A stretch of 64,000 nucleotides of DNA from Longimicrobiales bacterium (GCA_965202985.1 CBDBCF010000001.1:512001-576000); one strand, 5' to 3'; positions 17,542 through 28,033 are shown, counted from the stretch's first letter. The notes: generated by a model from the letters alone, not told the origin. Translations and numbers: made by a program.

Positions 17542-20500
17542 ATGACGGCCGTGAAAGACCCGTTGTACCGGGCGATCGAGAGGAGGCTGTCCGAGCGGCT
17601 GGACCCGGTGCTGTTCGAGCGCTGCGCGGTGGAGCTTCTGCGTCCCGTCTATCCGGGGCTGGTTCCAGTCTCCGGCGGCGACGACGCGGGCATGGACGGT
17701 GCGATCTCCATGCCGACCGGCGGACCGCCCGTGCCGCTGGTGTGCACGACCAGCGAAAACGTGATCGGGAACCTGACCAAGAGCTTGGAGTCGTACAAAC
17801 GGTCCGGCCAGAAGGGTCGCGAGGCAGTGCTGGCCACATCCCAAGCATTGACGCCTCGCGAGCGCCGCAACCTTGAGGAACGGGCGCAAAAGATGGGCTT
17901 CGAGCTCCTGAACGTCCATGACCGCCATGATTTCACCGGCCGCCTGTATCGCCATCCGGAGTGGCGTCGGGAACTGCTGGGGCTTTCCGGCGACTTGCCC
18001 GCGCTGTCGGTCTACCCGCGGCTCCACCAGCCCCGCATCCGTTACGGGGGCGACCGAGCGCTTGTGGGCCGGGACGAAGCCGCATCCTGGGTGCTGTCCC
18101 AACGCGACGACTTCGTTCTCGTCGGCCAGCCCGGCGTGGGCAAGAGGTCGTTGTTGCGGCTGCTCGCCGAAAAGGGACGAGGCCTGTTCGTCATCACCAA
18201 CGACCTAGAGCGAATCGCCGACGATTATCGTGCCGCGCAGCCCGAGTTCCTACTGTTGGAGGATGCGCATCTGCTCGGGAGGGACTTGCATCTGCGCTCC
18301 GACCTGCTGTCGGCGATCTGCCGAATGCGGTGGGAGATTGAAGCGTCCTTCAAGATCGCTGTTACCACATGGAATTGGCCTGACCGACGAGTTGCAAACG
18401 CAATCGGTCCAGTTGAGTCGACCAAGACGATCCACCCCCTCTCAAGGCCAGATACGGCCAAAATCGTTTGTTCCATCGCCCCCAAGCTGCCCGAGGCCGC
18501 GGTCGCCGAGATCTTGGACCAGAGCGAGGGTCGGCCGGGCCTGACGGTTACGCTTGCGGAGCACGCCGGGACTCGGAATCCCGCAAGTCGTCTGCACAAC
18601 GGTCAACAGCTACTGGAATACCTCCGGCGATCCTGCGCCAGTCCCGGTCTCACCGCCCGCGATCTTGACGTGCTGGGCGCGTTCGCGCTAGCCGGAAGCA
18701 CCGGTGCGGCTTTCGCCGGCGTCGCCCGTGCACTTGGCGAAGGCGAAGTGAGCGTTCGTGCGACGCTGTCCAAGATCGCTCACACAGGGATCGTCAAGGA
18801 CCGCGGCCACTACCTGGCCATCGTCAACCCAGCACTGCGCGCCGCCCTGGTCGCTCGGACGTTCTTTCAGGGACCGTCGAGTCTCGCCGTATGCGAACAT
18901 CTTGCTGTGATGCCGGACCGGAACAGCGCTACGAAGACGTTGATCGACGCGCTGGCCCGAGGGGTTTCGGCGCCCCAGGAGCTGATTCAATCGCGACTTC
19001 CCGAAGATACGACCGACCCGGCAGATCAGGAACTTTGGCAATGCTATGCTGGAACCGGAAAGGCGGCCGTCAGGTGGATTGTTCACGAACATTCTCGCAA
19101 GATTCCGACCATTGCCTACCAGGCACTGCGTATTCTGCCGGCAACTACGCTGCCGAAGCTGATCTCGGTGATATCGGCTTCGCAGGAGGACGGTGAGCCG
19201 GACCGACAAGAAGACACACCGTCATCGCAACGATCTGTTGAGGTGCTGGACAGCTGGGGTATTGATCCAGCAATAACGGCAATCGAAGACTGGATACGAG
19301 AACCCACGCGTCACACAGTACGTCGCCGCCGCCTGCTCCTTGACGCGCTGTCAAGCTCCTTCGCAGGTCTGCATCAGGCATCAAGGGGTTTGCGCCAAGC
19401 GACGGCCGCGCTCGTGCCCATCGTCTTCTCCCTTGATCTTCGAAGACTTAGGCCGGATCTGATTGAATTGGGGACAATCTGGCTCGACATTCGAGAGCCG
19501 TTGCTCGATCACGTCGAACAAATCCACGCACTATGGGAGCCGTCCATCAACCTGTTGCGGAAGGCGCACGCGGTCGACACGGCTCGCGGGATCGCCCGGT
19601 CATGGGCAACAGCACCCTTGCGCCCCAGTAGCGGCCTTCCTCCCGAAACCGCCAGGGTCGTGCAGGACTTGGCCGCAGGGATGATCACGGACGTAGTGAG
19701 GTGGAGCGACCGTCGCCCGGGCGTTGTGCTGTGGGCCAAGCAGATCGCCGCCGAATGCGACCTGCACGTCGCGGGCCTGCCGGAATCGCCGTCGGATCTG
19801 AAAGAGCTCTTCGGAATCGAACCCGACGACTTAACGCAGGGCCGACAAGACCGGGCCATCCGCTTGGTGGCGGAGAAGCTTGCCAGCCGACCGGCGGCCG
19901 TCGGCATCGATCAACTCCTCCGTTACCAAGAGGAGGCCAGCGTCATGCTGTACAAGGGGACAGCCTTGGGGGCAGTCGAGAAGGTCCTTCACCACATGGC
20001 TGAACTCACGCAAGACCCCTCCGCGTGCGTGGTCGTTCTTGTGTCCCGACAGGCACCTGAACATTGGGTGGCGCCGTTTGTGGACGCAATGCTGGCAAAG
20101 GGCCATGGATGCGAAGAGGGATGGCGGGCACTGCTGGATCGTGACGAATACGGCCCCGTAGTCCTACAATGCGTCATCTGCCGATCCGAAGTTCCGAAGA
20201 CTGTCGAAACATACGTACTCGAGCGACTAGCAGACGGCAGAACGGTGCTGGATATTGTCACCTGGAGAGATGTTCCGAATGCGTGGAAGGAACGCGTACT
20301 GACCCACGAGGACCAACAGGTGGCTGGCACCGCCGCGTGCGAGATGTATCGCCAATACCGGGACCGGGACCGCGACCCCGAGCTTTCAACGTTGTCAAGG
20401 AGGGTGCGAGCGGCATGGCGCCGGGCAGTTGTCGAATCCGACGACGAGGCGACGCTTGCGAGCGTGTTTGAACACCATCCGAACGTCGTGAAGGCGTGGC

Positions 20501-20991
20501 TTCTGTCGCCCAGGCGGCATCTGCCTGCGAACCCCATGCTCTACTCAACAGCCGCTAGCGTCTTGGATTCGGACACCAAACTGCAACTGATCCATGAGAT
20601 GTCGGCTAGCACCGACCCCGAAGCGCTTATCGAGCTTGTAGGCAACGACGCGACGTTGTACGATGCGCTCCTTTCCCGCCGAGATCTCAAACAAATCCAC
20701 TTGACGCCGCTCGAGAACGGCGTGCCCAGCCCCGATCTTACGGAGATGGCGGTCAACCACGGCTATTCGCCCGAAGACATCGCCAAGCGAATCGCGAGCC
20801 GGGCCGAGTCCTATTCGATGTTCGTAGACTTTCCCGAGTTTCGGACTGTCGAGGAAATGCGGAACCCTGGGGAGAAGTGGTTCCCGGAACCCCCCGAAGC
20901 TGCTCGCCACAGGACAATGGCCGAGTGGGAGCGGCACCCCAGTCCTGCGGTGCGACAGATCTATGGGCTGGTCATAGAGATGGAGACGTAG
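17542..20991 (+). CDS. Large STAND-like NTPase with N-terminal restriction-endonuclease-like domain (Avs-like architecture)
   Basis: FERCAVELL...GGDDAGMDG N-term; LVGRDE, LVGQPGVGKRS (Walker A), FLLLEDAH (Walker B), SEGRPGL (GxP); long helical C-terminus; 1 nt after the upstream stop. Confidence 0.65.
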   Translation: MTAVKDPLYRAIERRLSERLDPVLFERCAVELLRPVYPGLVPVSGGDDAGMDGAISMPTGGPPVPLVCTTSENVIGNLTKSLESYKRSGQKGREAVLATSQALTPRERRNLEERAQKMGFELLNVHDRHDFTGRLYRHPEWRRELLGLSGDLPALSVYPRLHQPRIRYGGDRALVGRDEAASWVLSQRDDFVLVGQPGVGKRSLLRLLAEKGRGLFVITNDLERIADDYRAAQPEFLLLEDAHLLGRDLHLRSDLLSAICRMRWEIEASFKIAVTTWNWPDRRVANAIGPVESTKTIHPLSRPDTAKIVCSIAPKLPEAAVAEILDQSEGRPGLTVTLAEHAGTRNPASRLHNGQQLLEYLRRSCASPGLTARDLDVLGAFALAGSTGAAFAGVARALGEGEVSVRATLSKIAHTGIVKDRGHYLAIVNPALRAALVARTFFQGPSSLAVCEHLAVMPDRNSATKTLIDALARGVSAPQELIQSRLPEDTTDPADQELWQCYAGTGKAAVRWIVHEHSRKIPTIAYQALRILPATTLPKLISVISASQEDGEPDRQEDTPSSQRSVEVLDSWGIDPAITAIEDWIREPTRHTVRRRRLLLDALSSSFAGLHQASRGLRQATAALVPIVFSLDLRRLRPDLIELGTIWLDIREPLLDHVEQIHALWEPSINLLRKAHAVDTARGIARSWATAPLRPSSGLPPETARVVQDLAAGMITDVVRWSDRRPGVVLWAKQIAAECDLHVAGLPESPSDLKELFGIEPDDLTQGRQDRAIRLVAEKLASRPAAVGIDQLLRYQEEASVMLYKGTALGAVEKVLHHMAELTQDPSACVVVLVSRQAPEHWVAPFVDAMLAKGHGCEEGWRALLDRDEYGPVVLQCVICRSEVPKTVETYVLERLADGRTVLDIVTWRDVPNAWKERVLTHEDQQVAGTAACEMYRQYRDRDRDPELSTLSRRVRAAWRRAVVESDDEATLASVFEHHPNVVKAWLLSPRRHLPANPMLYSTAASVLDSDTKLQLIHEMSASTDPEALIELVGNDATLYDALLSRRDLKQIHLTPLENGVPSPDLTEMAVNHGYSPEDIAKRIASRAESYSMFVDFPEFRTVEEMRNPGEKWFPEPPEAARHRTMAEWERHPSPAVRQIYGLVIEMET

Positions 20992-22177
20992 ACGCGAGCT
21001 CTGTCGCCAGCCTGCGCACTTCGATCCGCGGGTACGGATCGTCGAACACGGCGATGTATCCGTCGGACAGTACGGTCGAAATGGCGGGGAGATCGGTCCC
21101 GAGGAAGGCGCCAAGCCCGGTCGCCGCGTCGACGAGGTACGTCCGAATCGAGGGGACAGCGGACTGGCCGCGCGCTGCTCGCGAGTACTGAACCAGCAGG
21201 TGACCGGAGGACATCGGCAATAGGGCGCGCAAGAAGTCGCGAGGGTCGGTCTGATCCTCGATTGCCGGCCTCTCGGCGCCGGTTTGGTCGCTTGCGATGC
21301 CGTAGACGATTCGGGACGGGAGACGACCGCCGACTCGGGATGTCCAGATAGGCGATTCCTGGCCGAAGCGGTACGACGCGACCATCGGCAGATGGCCCCA
21401 CGCCACAATCGTCTGCCGGGCCATCGGAAGGCAGGCAATGCGAATTCCCTCCGCCATCTTGGACCTGACGAGGTAGTCGGGATGCCGGTATCCTGGCACA
21501 ATTCCGGTGTCCGCCGCGCCGGTCGCAAGGGAGGCGGTTTGGACGAGGGTATTGTCGTCGGAGAGCCATCCGGCGAAGAACGCCCGGTCGCCGATCACGC
21601 ATGCATCGCCCACGAAGCCGGGGGCCTCCACCGTCTTGTCCAGCTGCCACTGACCTTCGGCCTCCAGGAACAGCTTCGTGAGGGCTCCGTTCGCCACCAG
21701 CACGCGACTTTCGTCCAGCAGCTCGAAGACGCCGAAGAGGTTGTAGCGCAGCTCCAAGGGGCCGTCTCCCATGCCGCCGACGCCGCCGACGTAGCCGCCT
21801 GCCGAGTCGAAGACCCGCAGTTCCATGGCCAAGCCGTCGAACACGAACACGTTGCTCTCCGCGTCCACGGCCACGTCGCCGATGCGCCCGAACAGCTGAG
21901 GACCCTCTTCCTCGCTCCCCAACGTCATCGCGGTCCGGGCCGCCATCAGGTCGTCCCTGGCGGAGCGCCACGCGTCGAGTGCGTCCACGCTCAAACCGAC
22001 GGGTAGGGAATCCTCGCCGATCAGGCTGGCATCTGCGGGCACGGCGTTCTCCGCGTCCGGGTGGATCTCCGAATCGCGGATGTCGCTCGAGCCCGAAGGA
22101 TCCACGCAGGCGCCGAGCGCGACCGACGACGCCGCCAGTGCCGAAGCCAACCGACCAGTCCTCATCATATCAATCAT
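20972..22177 (-). CDS. 6-bladed beta-propeller (NHL-like) lipoprotein
   Basis: Lipobox-like ALGAC; FGRIGDVAVDAESNVFVFD...VFDSAGGYVGGVGGMGDGPLEL; GGAGG 8 nt upstream of ATG 22177. Confidence 0.8.
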   Translation of the reverse strand: MIDMMRTGRLASALAASSVALGACVDPSGSSDIRDSEIHPDAENAVPADASLIGEDSLPVGLSVDALDAWRSARDDLMAARTAMTLGSEEEGPQLFGRIGDVAVDAESNVFVFDGLAMELRVFDSAGGYVGGVGGMGDGPLELRYNLFGVFELLDESRVLVANGALTKLFLEAEGQWQLDKTVEAPGFVGDACVIGDRAFFAGWLSDDNTLVQTASLATGAADTGIVPGYRHPDYLVRSKMAEGIRIACLPMARQTIVAWGHLPMVASYRFGQESPIWTSRVGGRLPSRIVYGIASDQTGAERPAIEDQTDPRDFLRALLPMSSGHLLVQYSRAARGQSAVPSIRTYLVDAATGLGAFLGTDLPAISTVLSDGYIAVFDDPYPRIEVRRLATELASTSPSL

Positions 22178-22178
22178 A

Positions 22179-23321
22179 TCATGGACCTCCCTGGGTCTGG
22201 TCATACGCGAGTCGCCAGATATTGACAACCTCTCCTGCAACATCGTCATAAGCAACTTCCGACACCATGCCTTCTTCCACGAACGTCATCAAGACGCCGT
22301 CGTGCCACCGGCTCGCCAGAGTGGTGCAGGTCTGCAGATCGACGACATCTATGCGGCTACGATAGTACGAAGACAGCCTGCCGTCCGCGGGCACCAGCAT
22401 CGCTTGTCTTTGGGACCCGGGCACTTCAACCATGGCGTCCTGCCAGTCGGGACGCCTGTAGCGGAACGCAACCCAGAGGCGGTCATTGGAATCGACCATG
22501 ATGTCGTGGATTTCGTTCCAGGGCGGATTCTCCCATGTCCAGGGGCCGGGAGTGCGAGGTCCGTCGTGGAGCAACGGTCCTTCGATCCTTCCTGTTCGCA
22601 CGCCGTCTTCCGACCACGCTTCCACGATGTAGTCGTAGTAGTGGGAGCTGAAGATGCTGCCATGTGGGCCTGTCGCGAGTCGGCGTTGCGCGGTGAAGGA
22701 GTTCATGGCCTCCGCGAAGGACTTGGCGATCTCTCCGCCGTCCACAACGTGGATCGCAAGACCGACGTGCTCCGAGTCCGGTATCCAAGCCTGAATGGCG
22801 TAGCGACTGCCGTCGGCAACCGGCGTCATCGCCGTCACTGCAGTGGCTGGCAGCGCCATCTCTTCCCGCAAGGTCAGATCGGGTCCGATTACGGACACCC
22901 TCGCGTTGCGGTTGTCGAATACGTGGACTCGTCCAAGAGAATCCGTGTGCATAGGCTGGGCGAAGGCGAACTCCATCGGACCCCGACCCGCCCGGCCGAC
23001 GGCGGAAACGAAGGCGCCCGTGGAGTCGAAGAGCTTGATCTGGTCTCGCTGACCTACCCAGTAGTTGCCGCTGTCGTCGCGCACGATGTCGCCCAGGGTG
23101 CCGCCGTCCGTCAAGAAGCCTGCGTAGTCTTCCGCTCCGAGCGTCGCTGCAAGGTCGAGGTGTACGCACGAGGTGCACGGCTCGACAGCCGTCCGATCAA
23201 GCGTGCATTCTCCGGAAAAGAAGGAAGCGGTGGTCGGGGCCTCGGGGCTGCAACTCACCATCGCGACCAACAGCGATCCGGCCCATCCCGCCGCCAGGCG
23301 CGGGGTCACCCCCCGAATCAC
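22179..23321 (-). CDS. 6-bladed beta-propeller (NHL-like) lipoprotein
   Basis: LLVAMVSC; IKLFDSTGAFVSAVGRAGRGPMEF; GTGA overlap with the upstream stop. Confidence 0.8.
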   Translation of the reverse strand: MIRGVTPRLAAGWAGSLLVAMVSCSPEAPTTASFFSGECTLDRTAVEPCTSCVHLDLAATLGAEDYAGFLTDGGTLGDIVRDDSGNYWVGQRDQIKLFDSTGAFVSAVGRAGRGPMEFAFAQPMHTDSLGRVHVFDNRNARVSVIGPDLTLREEMALPATAVTAMTPVADGSRYAIQAWIPDSEHVGLAIHVVDGGEIAKSFAEAMNSFTAQRRLATGPHGSIFSSHYYDYIVEAWSEDGVRTGRIEGPLLHDGPRTPGPWTWENPPWNEIHDIMVDSNDRLWVAFRYRRPDWQDAMVEVPGSQRQAMLVPADGRLSSYYRSRIDVVDLQTCTTLASRWHDGVLMTFVEEGMVSEVAYDDVAGEVVNIWRLAYDQTQGGP

Positions 23322-26300
23322 CCTCCCCCGCCCCGCCTGGGCACCGCCACCGGCTCCCCCACCTCCGGCCGCACGTCCTCTTCCGCCAGTCGGTCGTACA
23401 GTGCCGGGAGCCGCCCGGTCAGCATCTCGTTCACCTGCTCGACGATCGGGGGGACCTCTTCCCACGAGCGGTCGATCCACCACAGCTGGTCGTCCGTCGG
23501 CGGGCCGCTGGCGCCCTGGATCACGTTCCACATGAACCCGCCCGTGGCGACGTCGCCCAGCGCCTCGTCCGCCTCCTCCAACGCCTCTCGGAACGCCTCA
23601 ATCTCGTCGTCCAGCTCTTCGGCCAGCGCTTCCGACACGCCGTCGCCGGCGGCCTCCACCCGCTCCTCGATCTCGTCCAGCTGCTCGCCGATCGACTCGA
23701 TCCGCTCGTTGGCGTCCTGGATCGCGCCCGACAGGCGGTACGACTCCATCATCGCCTCGTGGCGCGACGCAATGACCGAACGGGACATCTCGACGCGGGG
23801 ATCCAGCCGCACGCCGACGCCCGTCTCCAGCGTGTCGGCGCCTACCGCCAGCGCCACGACGTAGCGGCCCGGCATCACCCGCGGTCCCGGTCGCATCGGC
23901 TCGCCGTCGGTCCCGTCCTCCGTCAGCCGCAGGTCCCAGATGACCTCGTTCAGGCCCGCGTCGCCGTCGGCTTCCAGCTCGCGCAACACGTCGCCCGCCC
24001 GGGTGCGAATCGTCACCGAGACGCTGTCCGCCTCCGCGCCCAACCAAAAGCGCACTCGGGCGCCCGCAGGCGGGTTCGGCGCAGCATATATCCCCGGAGT
24101 CCAGCCCTGGGGGCGGTACTGGTTGTATGAAGTCGCCCGGCGCACGGTGAACACGTGGGCGCTGGACGCCATCACCTCGGCGCTCAGCTCCGCCAGCGGC
24201 GCGATGTCGTCCATGATCCAGATGCCCAGGCCGTGCGTGCCGACCACCAGGTCGTTCTCCCTGGGATGCACAATAAGGTCGTCCACCGGCACCGTGGGCA
24301 GGCCGCCGTCCAGCCGGTGCCAGGCCGCGCCGGCGTCGATCGAGAAGTACACGCCGACCTCGTTGCCCACGAAGAGCAGGTCGTGCGCGGTCGGATGCTG
24401 CGCCAGCGCGTTGACCGAGATCGCGGGCAGTCCGTCGGTGATCCGTTGCCAGCTCTCGCCGAAGTCGGCGCTTGCGTACACGTATGCGGCGAAGTCGTCG
24501 TTCCTGTGGCCGTCGAAGGCGGCGAAGACCGTGCCCGCGTCCCCGCCCGACGCCACGATGCGCGTCACGTAGGTGTGCGGCGGCAGGTCGGGCACGTTGG
24601 GCGTCAGGTCCTGCCAGGTGGCGCCTCCGTCGCGGGTTCCGTGCAGCCGCCCGTCGTCGCTTCCCGTGTAGCCGACCGCGGCGTTCAGCGGCGACTCGGC
24701 GATCGCCGTCAAGTTGCCGTAGCTGGACTGGCCGTCGTTGCGGGACATCTGCGCCTCGCTTCCCGCCACGCCCATCAGCGACAGCGTGTCGCGGTCGATC
24801 GCATAGGTCAGGTCGGGGCTGATCTCGGTCCAGCTTTGCCCCAGGTCGGCCGACCGGAAGAGCACGTTCGCGCCCGCGTACAAGACCTGGTCGTCGTGGA
24901 CCGACAGCAGCAGCGGCGTGTCCCAATTCCAGCGAAGCTCGCGCTCCTCGTCGTCTTCGCCCTCGGCCGAATCCGACTGCGCCTCCGCCTCCGAGTCCGC
25001 CAGCGGCCGCGCCGCCGGACGAATCCGCGTCCGCTCCCCCGTGGCCCGGTTCACGCGGAACAGGTTGCCGCCCTGCGACTCGGCGATCATCACGTCCGGG
25101 TCGGTCGGGTGCATCACCGTGAAGAAGCCGTCGCCCGAGCCCACGTTGTACCAGTCGCGCGTGCGAATCCCCTGGTTCGACCACGTGTCCGACGGCGCGC
25201 ACCACGAACCGTTGTCCTGCAAGCCGCCGCACACGTGATACGGGTCCTGCATGTCCACGCCGATCTCGTAGAACTGGGAGATCGGCAGGTTGCGGAACTG
25301 GTACCAGTTGTCGGAGCGGTCCCAGCTCACCGACACGCCGCCGTCGCCGCCCAGGATCAGGTGGTCCGAGTCCGCCGGATCGATCCACAGCGCGTGGTGG
25401 TCCAAGTGCACGCCGGCCGCCGCGTCGGGAGTGAAGTTGCGCCCGCCGTCGGACGACCGGTACATGCTGGAACCGCCCAGGTAGACGCGCTCGGGGTCGT
25501 TGGGGTCCACCCAAATCTGGCTGTAGTACATGGGGCGGTTGTTGGTCGTGCTCAGGTGCTCCCACGTCTCGCCCCGGTCGGTGGAGCGGTAGACGCCGTT
25601 CTTGCGCTCGCGCTCGGGCGGCCCGCCGCCGAAGCCCTGCCCCGGTGCGCGCGGATCGGCTTCGACCAGCGCGAAGACCACGTTGCCGTCGCCCCGGTAG
25701 ATGGCCAGGCCGATCCGCCCCTTGTCGCCCTCCGGCAGTCCGTCGGTCAGCTCGGTCCACGTGTCGCCGCCGTCGGTGGTGCGGTGGATGCCGCTGCCGG
25801 GTCCGCCGCCGTTGAAGCCCCATGCGCGCCGTCGCCGCTGGTACGTGGCCGCGAAGAGCGTGCGCGGGTCCGCCGGGTCCATGACCAGGTCGATGGCGCC
25901 GGTGTCGTCGTCGATGTACAGGACTTGTTCCCACGTGTCGCCGCCGTCGGTCGTGCGGTAGACGCCCCGCTCCGGGTTGGCGCCCCACAGGTGGCCGACC
26001 GCCGCCACGTACGCCACGTCCGGGTCCCTGGGGTGGACCTGAATGCGCGCGATGTGGTGCGTGTTGGACAGCCCCAGGTGCGTCCACGTGCGCCCGGCGT
26101 CGGTTGAGCGGTAGACGCCGGCGCCCCACGGCGAGCTTTGTCGGTTCTGGGGCTCGCCCGTGCCGACCCAGACGACGTTGGGGTTCGACGGCGCCACGGT
26201 CACGTCGCCGACCGAGGCCGTCGCTTCGTCCTTGAAGACGTGCTCGAAGGTGATGCCGGCGTTCTCCGTCTTCCACACGCCGCCGCTGGCGGTGCCGACG

Positions 26301-26509
26301 TAGAAGATGCGCGGGTCCGACTCGACCACCGCCAGGTCCGACACGCGCCCGCTCATGATCGTGGGGCCGATCGCGCGGAACTCGAGGGCGGCGGTGGCCT
26401 GGGCGAAGGGGTCCGCGGGCGTGTCCATGTCGGATTGGGCCGCGGCGGGCATGGGGGCGGCGGCAAGCGCGAGGAGGCTGGCCAGCGCGAGGACGAGGCT
26501 GGCGGGCAT
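23318..26509 (-). CDS. Secreted sortilin/Vps10-like BNR(Asp-box)-repeat glycosyl hydrolase-like protein
   Basis: Signal peptide; FRAIGPTIMSGRV; many (S/T)xDxGxTW Asp boxes; GGLQDNGSW. Confidence 0.9.
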   Translation of the reverse strand: MPASLVLALASLLALAAAPMPAAAQSDMDTPADPFAQATAALEFRAIGPTIMSGRVSDLAVVESDPRIFYVGTASGGVWKTENAGITFEHVFKDEATASVGDVTVAPSNPNVVWVGTGEPQNRQSSPWGAGVYRSTDAGRTWTHLGLSNTHHIARIQVHPRDPDVAYVAAVGHLWGANPERGVYRTTDGGDTWEQVLYIDDDTGAIDLVMDPADPRTLFAATYQRRRRAWGFNGGGPGSGIHRTTDGGDTWTELTDGLPEGDKGRIGLAIYRGDGNVVFALVEADPRAPGQGFGGGPPERERKNGVYRSTDRGETWEHLSTTNNRPMYYSQIWVDPNDPERVYLGGSSMYRSSDGGRNFTPDAAAGVHLDHHALWIDPADSDHLILGGDGGVSVSWDRSDNWYQFRNLPISQFYEIGVDMQDPYHVCGGLQDNGSWCAPSDTWSNQGIRTRDWYNVGSGDGFFTVMHPTDPDVMIAESQGGNLFRVNRATGERTRIRPAARPLADSEAEAQSDSAEGEDDEERELRWNWDTPLLLSVHDDQVLYAGANVLFRSADLGQSWTEISPDLTYAIDRDTLSLMGVAGSEAQMSRNDGQSSYGNLTAIAESPLNAAVGYTGSDDGRLHGTRDGGATWQDLTPNVPDLPPHTYVTRIVASGGDAGTVFAAFDGHRNDDFAAYVYASADFGESWQRITDGLPAISVNALAQHPTAHDLLFVGNEVGVYFSIDAGAAWHRLDGGLPTVPVDDLIVHPRENDLVVGTHGLGIWIMDDIAPLAELSAEVMASSAHVFTVRRATSYNQYRPQGWTPGIYAAPNPPAGARVRFWLGAEADSVSVTIRTRAGDVLRELEADGDAGLNEVIWDLRLTEDGTDGEPMRPGPRVMPGRYVVALAVGADTLETGVGVRLDPRVEMSRSVIASRHEAMMESYRLSGAIQDANERIESIGEQLDEIEERVEAAGDGVSEALAEELDDEIEAFREALEEADEALGDVATGGFMWNVIQGASGPPTDDQLWWIDRSWEEVPPIVEQVNEMLTGRLPALYDRLAEEDVRPEVGEPVAVPRRGGGG

Positions 26510-26820
26510 GGGGAGGCCGACGAGCGCTTGGACGAGCCTGCCGGGCGCCGGGAAACCGGCAGGCGCCCGGACGGCGGGCTGGACGGGCGCGAAGGCTGGC
26601 GCGGGGACTGGCGCGATGGGGCGAACAGGCGCGAGTGGGTGGACGGGCGCGAATGGACGGACACGACATTCTCCGGTGCGGGTTGCGGCTTGCGGGTTGC
26701 AACTTGCGACGCCTTTCCGATGGCGACGCCTCTACAATGGCGCTCCGCGCGGAAACGTGCACCCCCGGAGGGACCGGCGACCGGACGACGGAGCGCCCAG
26801 CCGCCGGCCGCCGCGACCTC

Positions 26821-27912
26821 TTACCTGAGTCCCTCGAACAGATGCAGCTGCGCCTTCGCCTTGCGCCACGCCGCCTCCAACTCGCGGCGCTTGGCCGCAG
26901 GGCCGTTGGGCGGAGCGGTCCAGGCCATGTCCCATCCCGCGTCGGCGTCGGGGTGCGGACCGGTCCAGGCCGGGAACGTCTTGGCAAACACCGTCAGGTG
27001 CACGACCGTGTCGTTCGCGACCAGCGCTCCTGCCACCAAGTCGCACGCCGCGATCTGCACGTCCTGGCCCACGCCGACGGCCGCGCGACAGTCGAAAGTC
27101 GCGTGCTGGATGTAGTCCAGCAGCTTCCAGACTACGCCCTCCGAGGTCGACGGACGCCCGACGCCGCCGCCGTAGCGGGCTTCGTCCAGGGCGTCAATGG
27201 CGTAGCTGCGGACGAGCTTGGGCAGCATGGCGGCGAAGGTCTCGGGCTTGTCGAACAGGTCCAGGCCGAGCCGCCGGTCGCCGATCGCGAAGACGGCGCC
27301 CACTTGGCCGGGCACGGGCGCGATCCGGGCGACGAACTCGGCGATCGGGGCGCCGTGACGCTCGTAGATCGAGCCCATGGCGGCGGTCCGCGATTGGGCG
27401 CGCATCCGGGTGGCCTTCGCCTCGATCCCCCGCCAGACCGCGCGCTGGTTGGAGCGCCTAGCGCCGGTCCTGCGCATGTTGGCCTGGACGTGGAACCGGT
27501 TCATGGCCCGCCCCTCGGCGTAGTGAAGCCGGTCGCTGTCTGCGAAGGTCGGCCGGGCACGGCAATAGGACCATCGGCCCCGCTCGACGCACGACACCGG
27601 GATGACCGTGGTCCGACCAGCGGGAATGAGCATTGACAGGTTGGCGATTCGGTTCTGCTTGGCGCCCACGAACTCCTCGCCGTCCACGACGAGGACGGGC
27701 GCGTCGGCCCGGTTCTCCACGGCCAGCCGGGGCACGCTGCCGCCCATCAACACCTCCCGGACCGTGACCAGGTCGTGCCGGAGCGCCTCCGACATCAGCA
27801 AGTACTGGAGCGCACTCGCGCGGTTGGAGATCAGCGGGAAGGCGGCAAGGGCGCCGTGCGCGACGGGATCGCCGACGGACAGCGAGAAGACGGTGGATTC
27901 GACGGTTTGCAC
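26821..27912 (-). CDS. ARPP-1 (DUF6569-like) domain protein
   Basis: GGSVPRLAVEN...VLVVDGEEFVGAKQNRIAN...IPVSCVERGRWSY...PKLVRSYAIDAL. Confidence 0.8.
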   Translation of the reverse strand: MQTVESTVFSLSVGDPVAHGALAAFPLISNRASALQYLLMSEALRHDLVTVREVLMGGSVPRLAVENRADAPVLVVDGEEFVGAKQNRIANLSMLIPAGRTTVIPVSCVERGRWSYCRARPTFADSDRLHYAEGRAMNRFHVQANMRRTGARRSNQRAVWRGIEAKATRMRAQSRTAAMGSIYERHGAPIAEFVARIAPVPGQVGAVFAIGDRRLGLDLFDKPETFAAMLPKLVRSYAIDALDEARYGGGVGRPSTSEGVVWKLLDYIQHATFDCRAAVGVGQDVQIAACDLVAGALVANDTVVHLTVFAKTFPAWTGPHPDADAGWDMAWTAPPNGPAAKRRELEAAWRKAKAQLHLFEGLR

Positions 27913-28001
27913 TTGAGCGGCCTCCTTGGGCGGCTGGGGGGTTGGCGTCCGAATTCGCCAACAGCATAACGCCGCCCAACGACTGTTCGTGCGGAGGTCA
28001 T

Positions 28002-28033
28002 TTTGTTACACATTTGTTACGATACTGTAAACT
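28002..28033. promoter_or_regulatory. 11-bp-period direct repeats, OmpR/PhoB-family-like operator
   Basis: TTTGTTAC at 28002 and 28013, weaker ACTGTAAA at 28024, in an AT-rich divergent intergenic region. Confidence 0.4.

Noticed and set aside
23598..26987. Long Arg/Pro/Gly-rich ORFs (also 29268-34283, 30809-34366, 41880-45359, 53531-57301)
   Set aside because: Alternate-frame or antisense artefacts of high GC overlapping well-supported genes.
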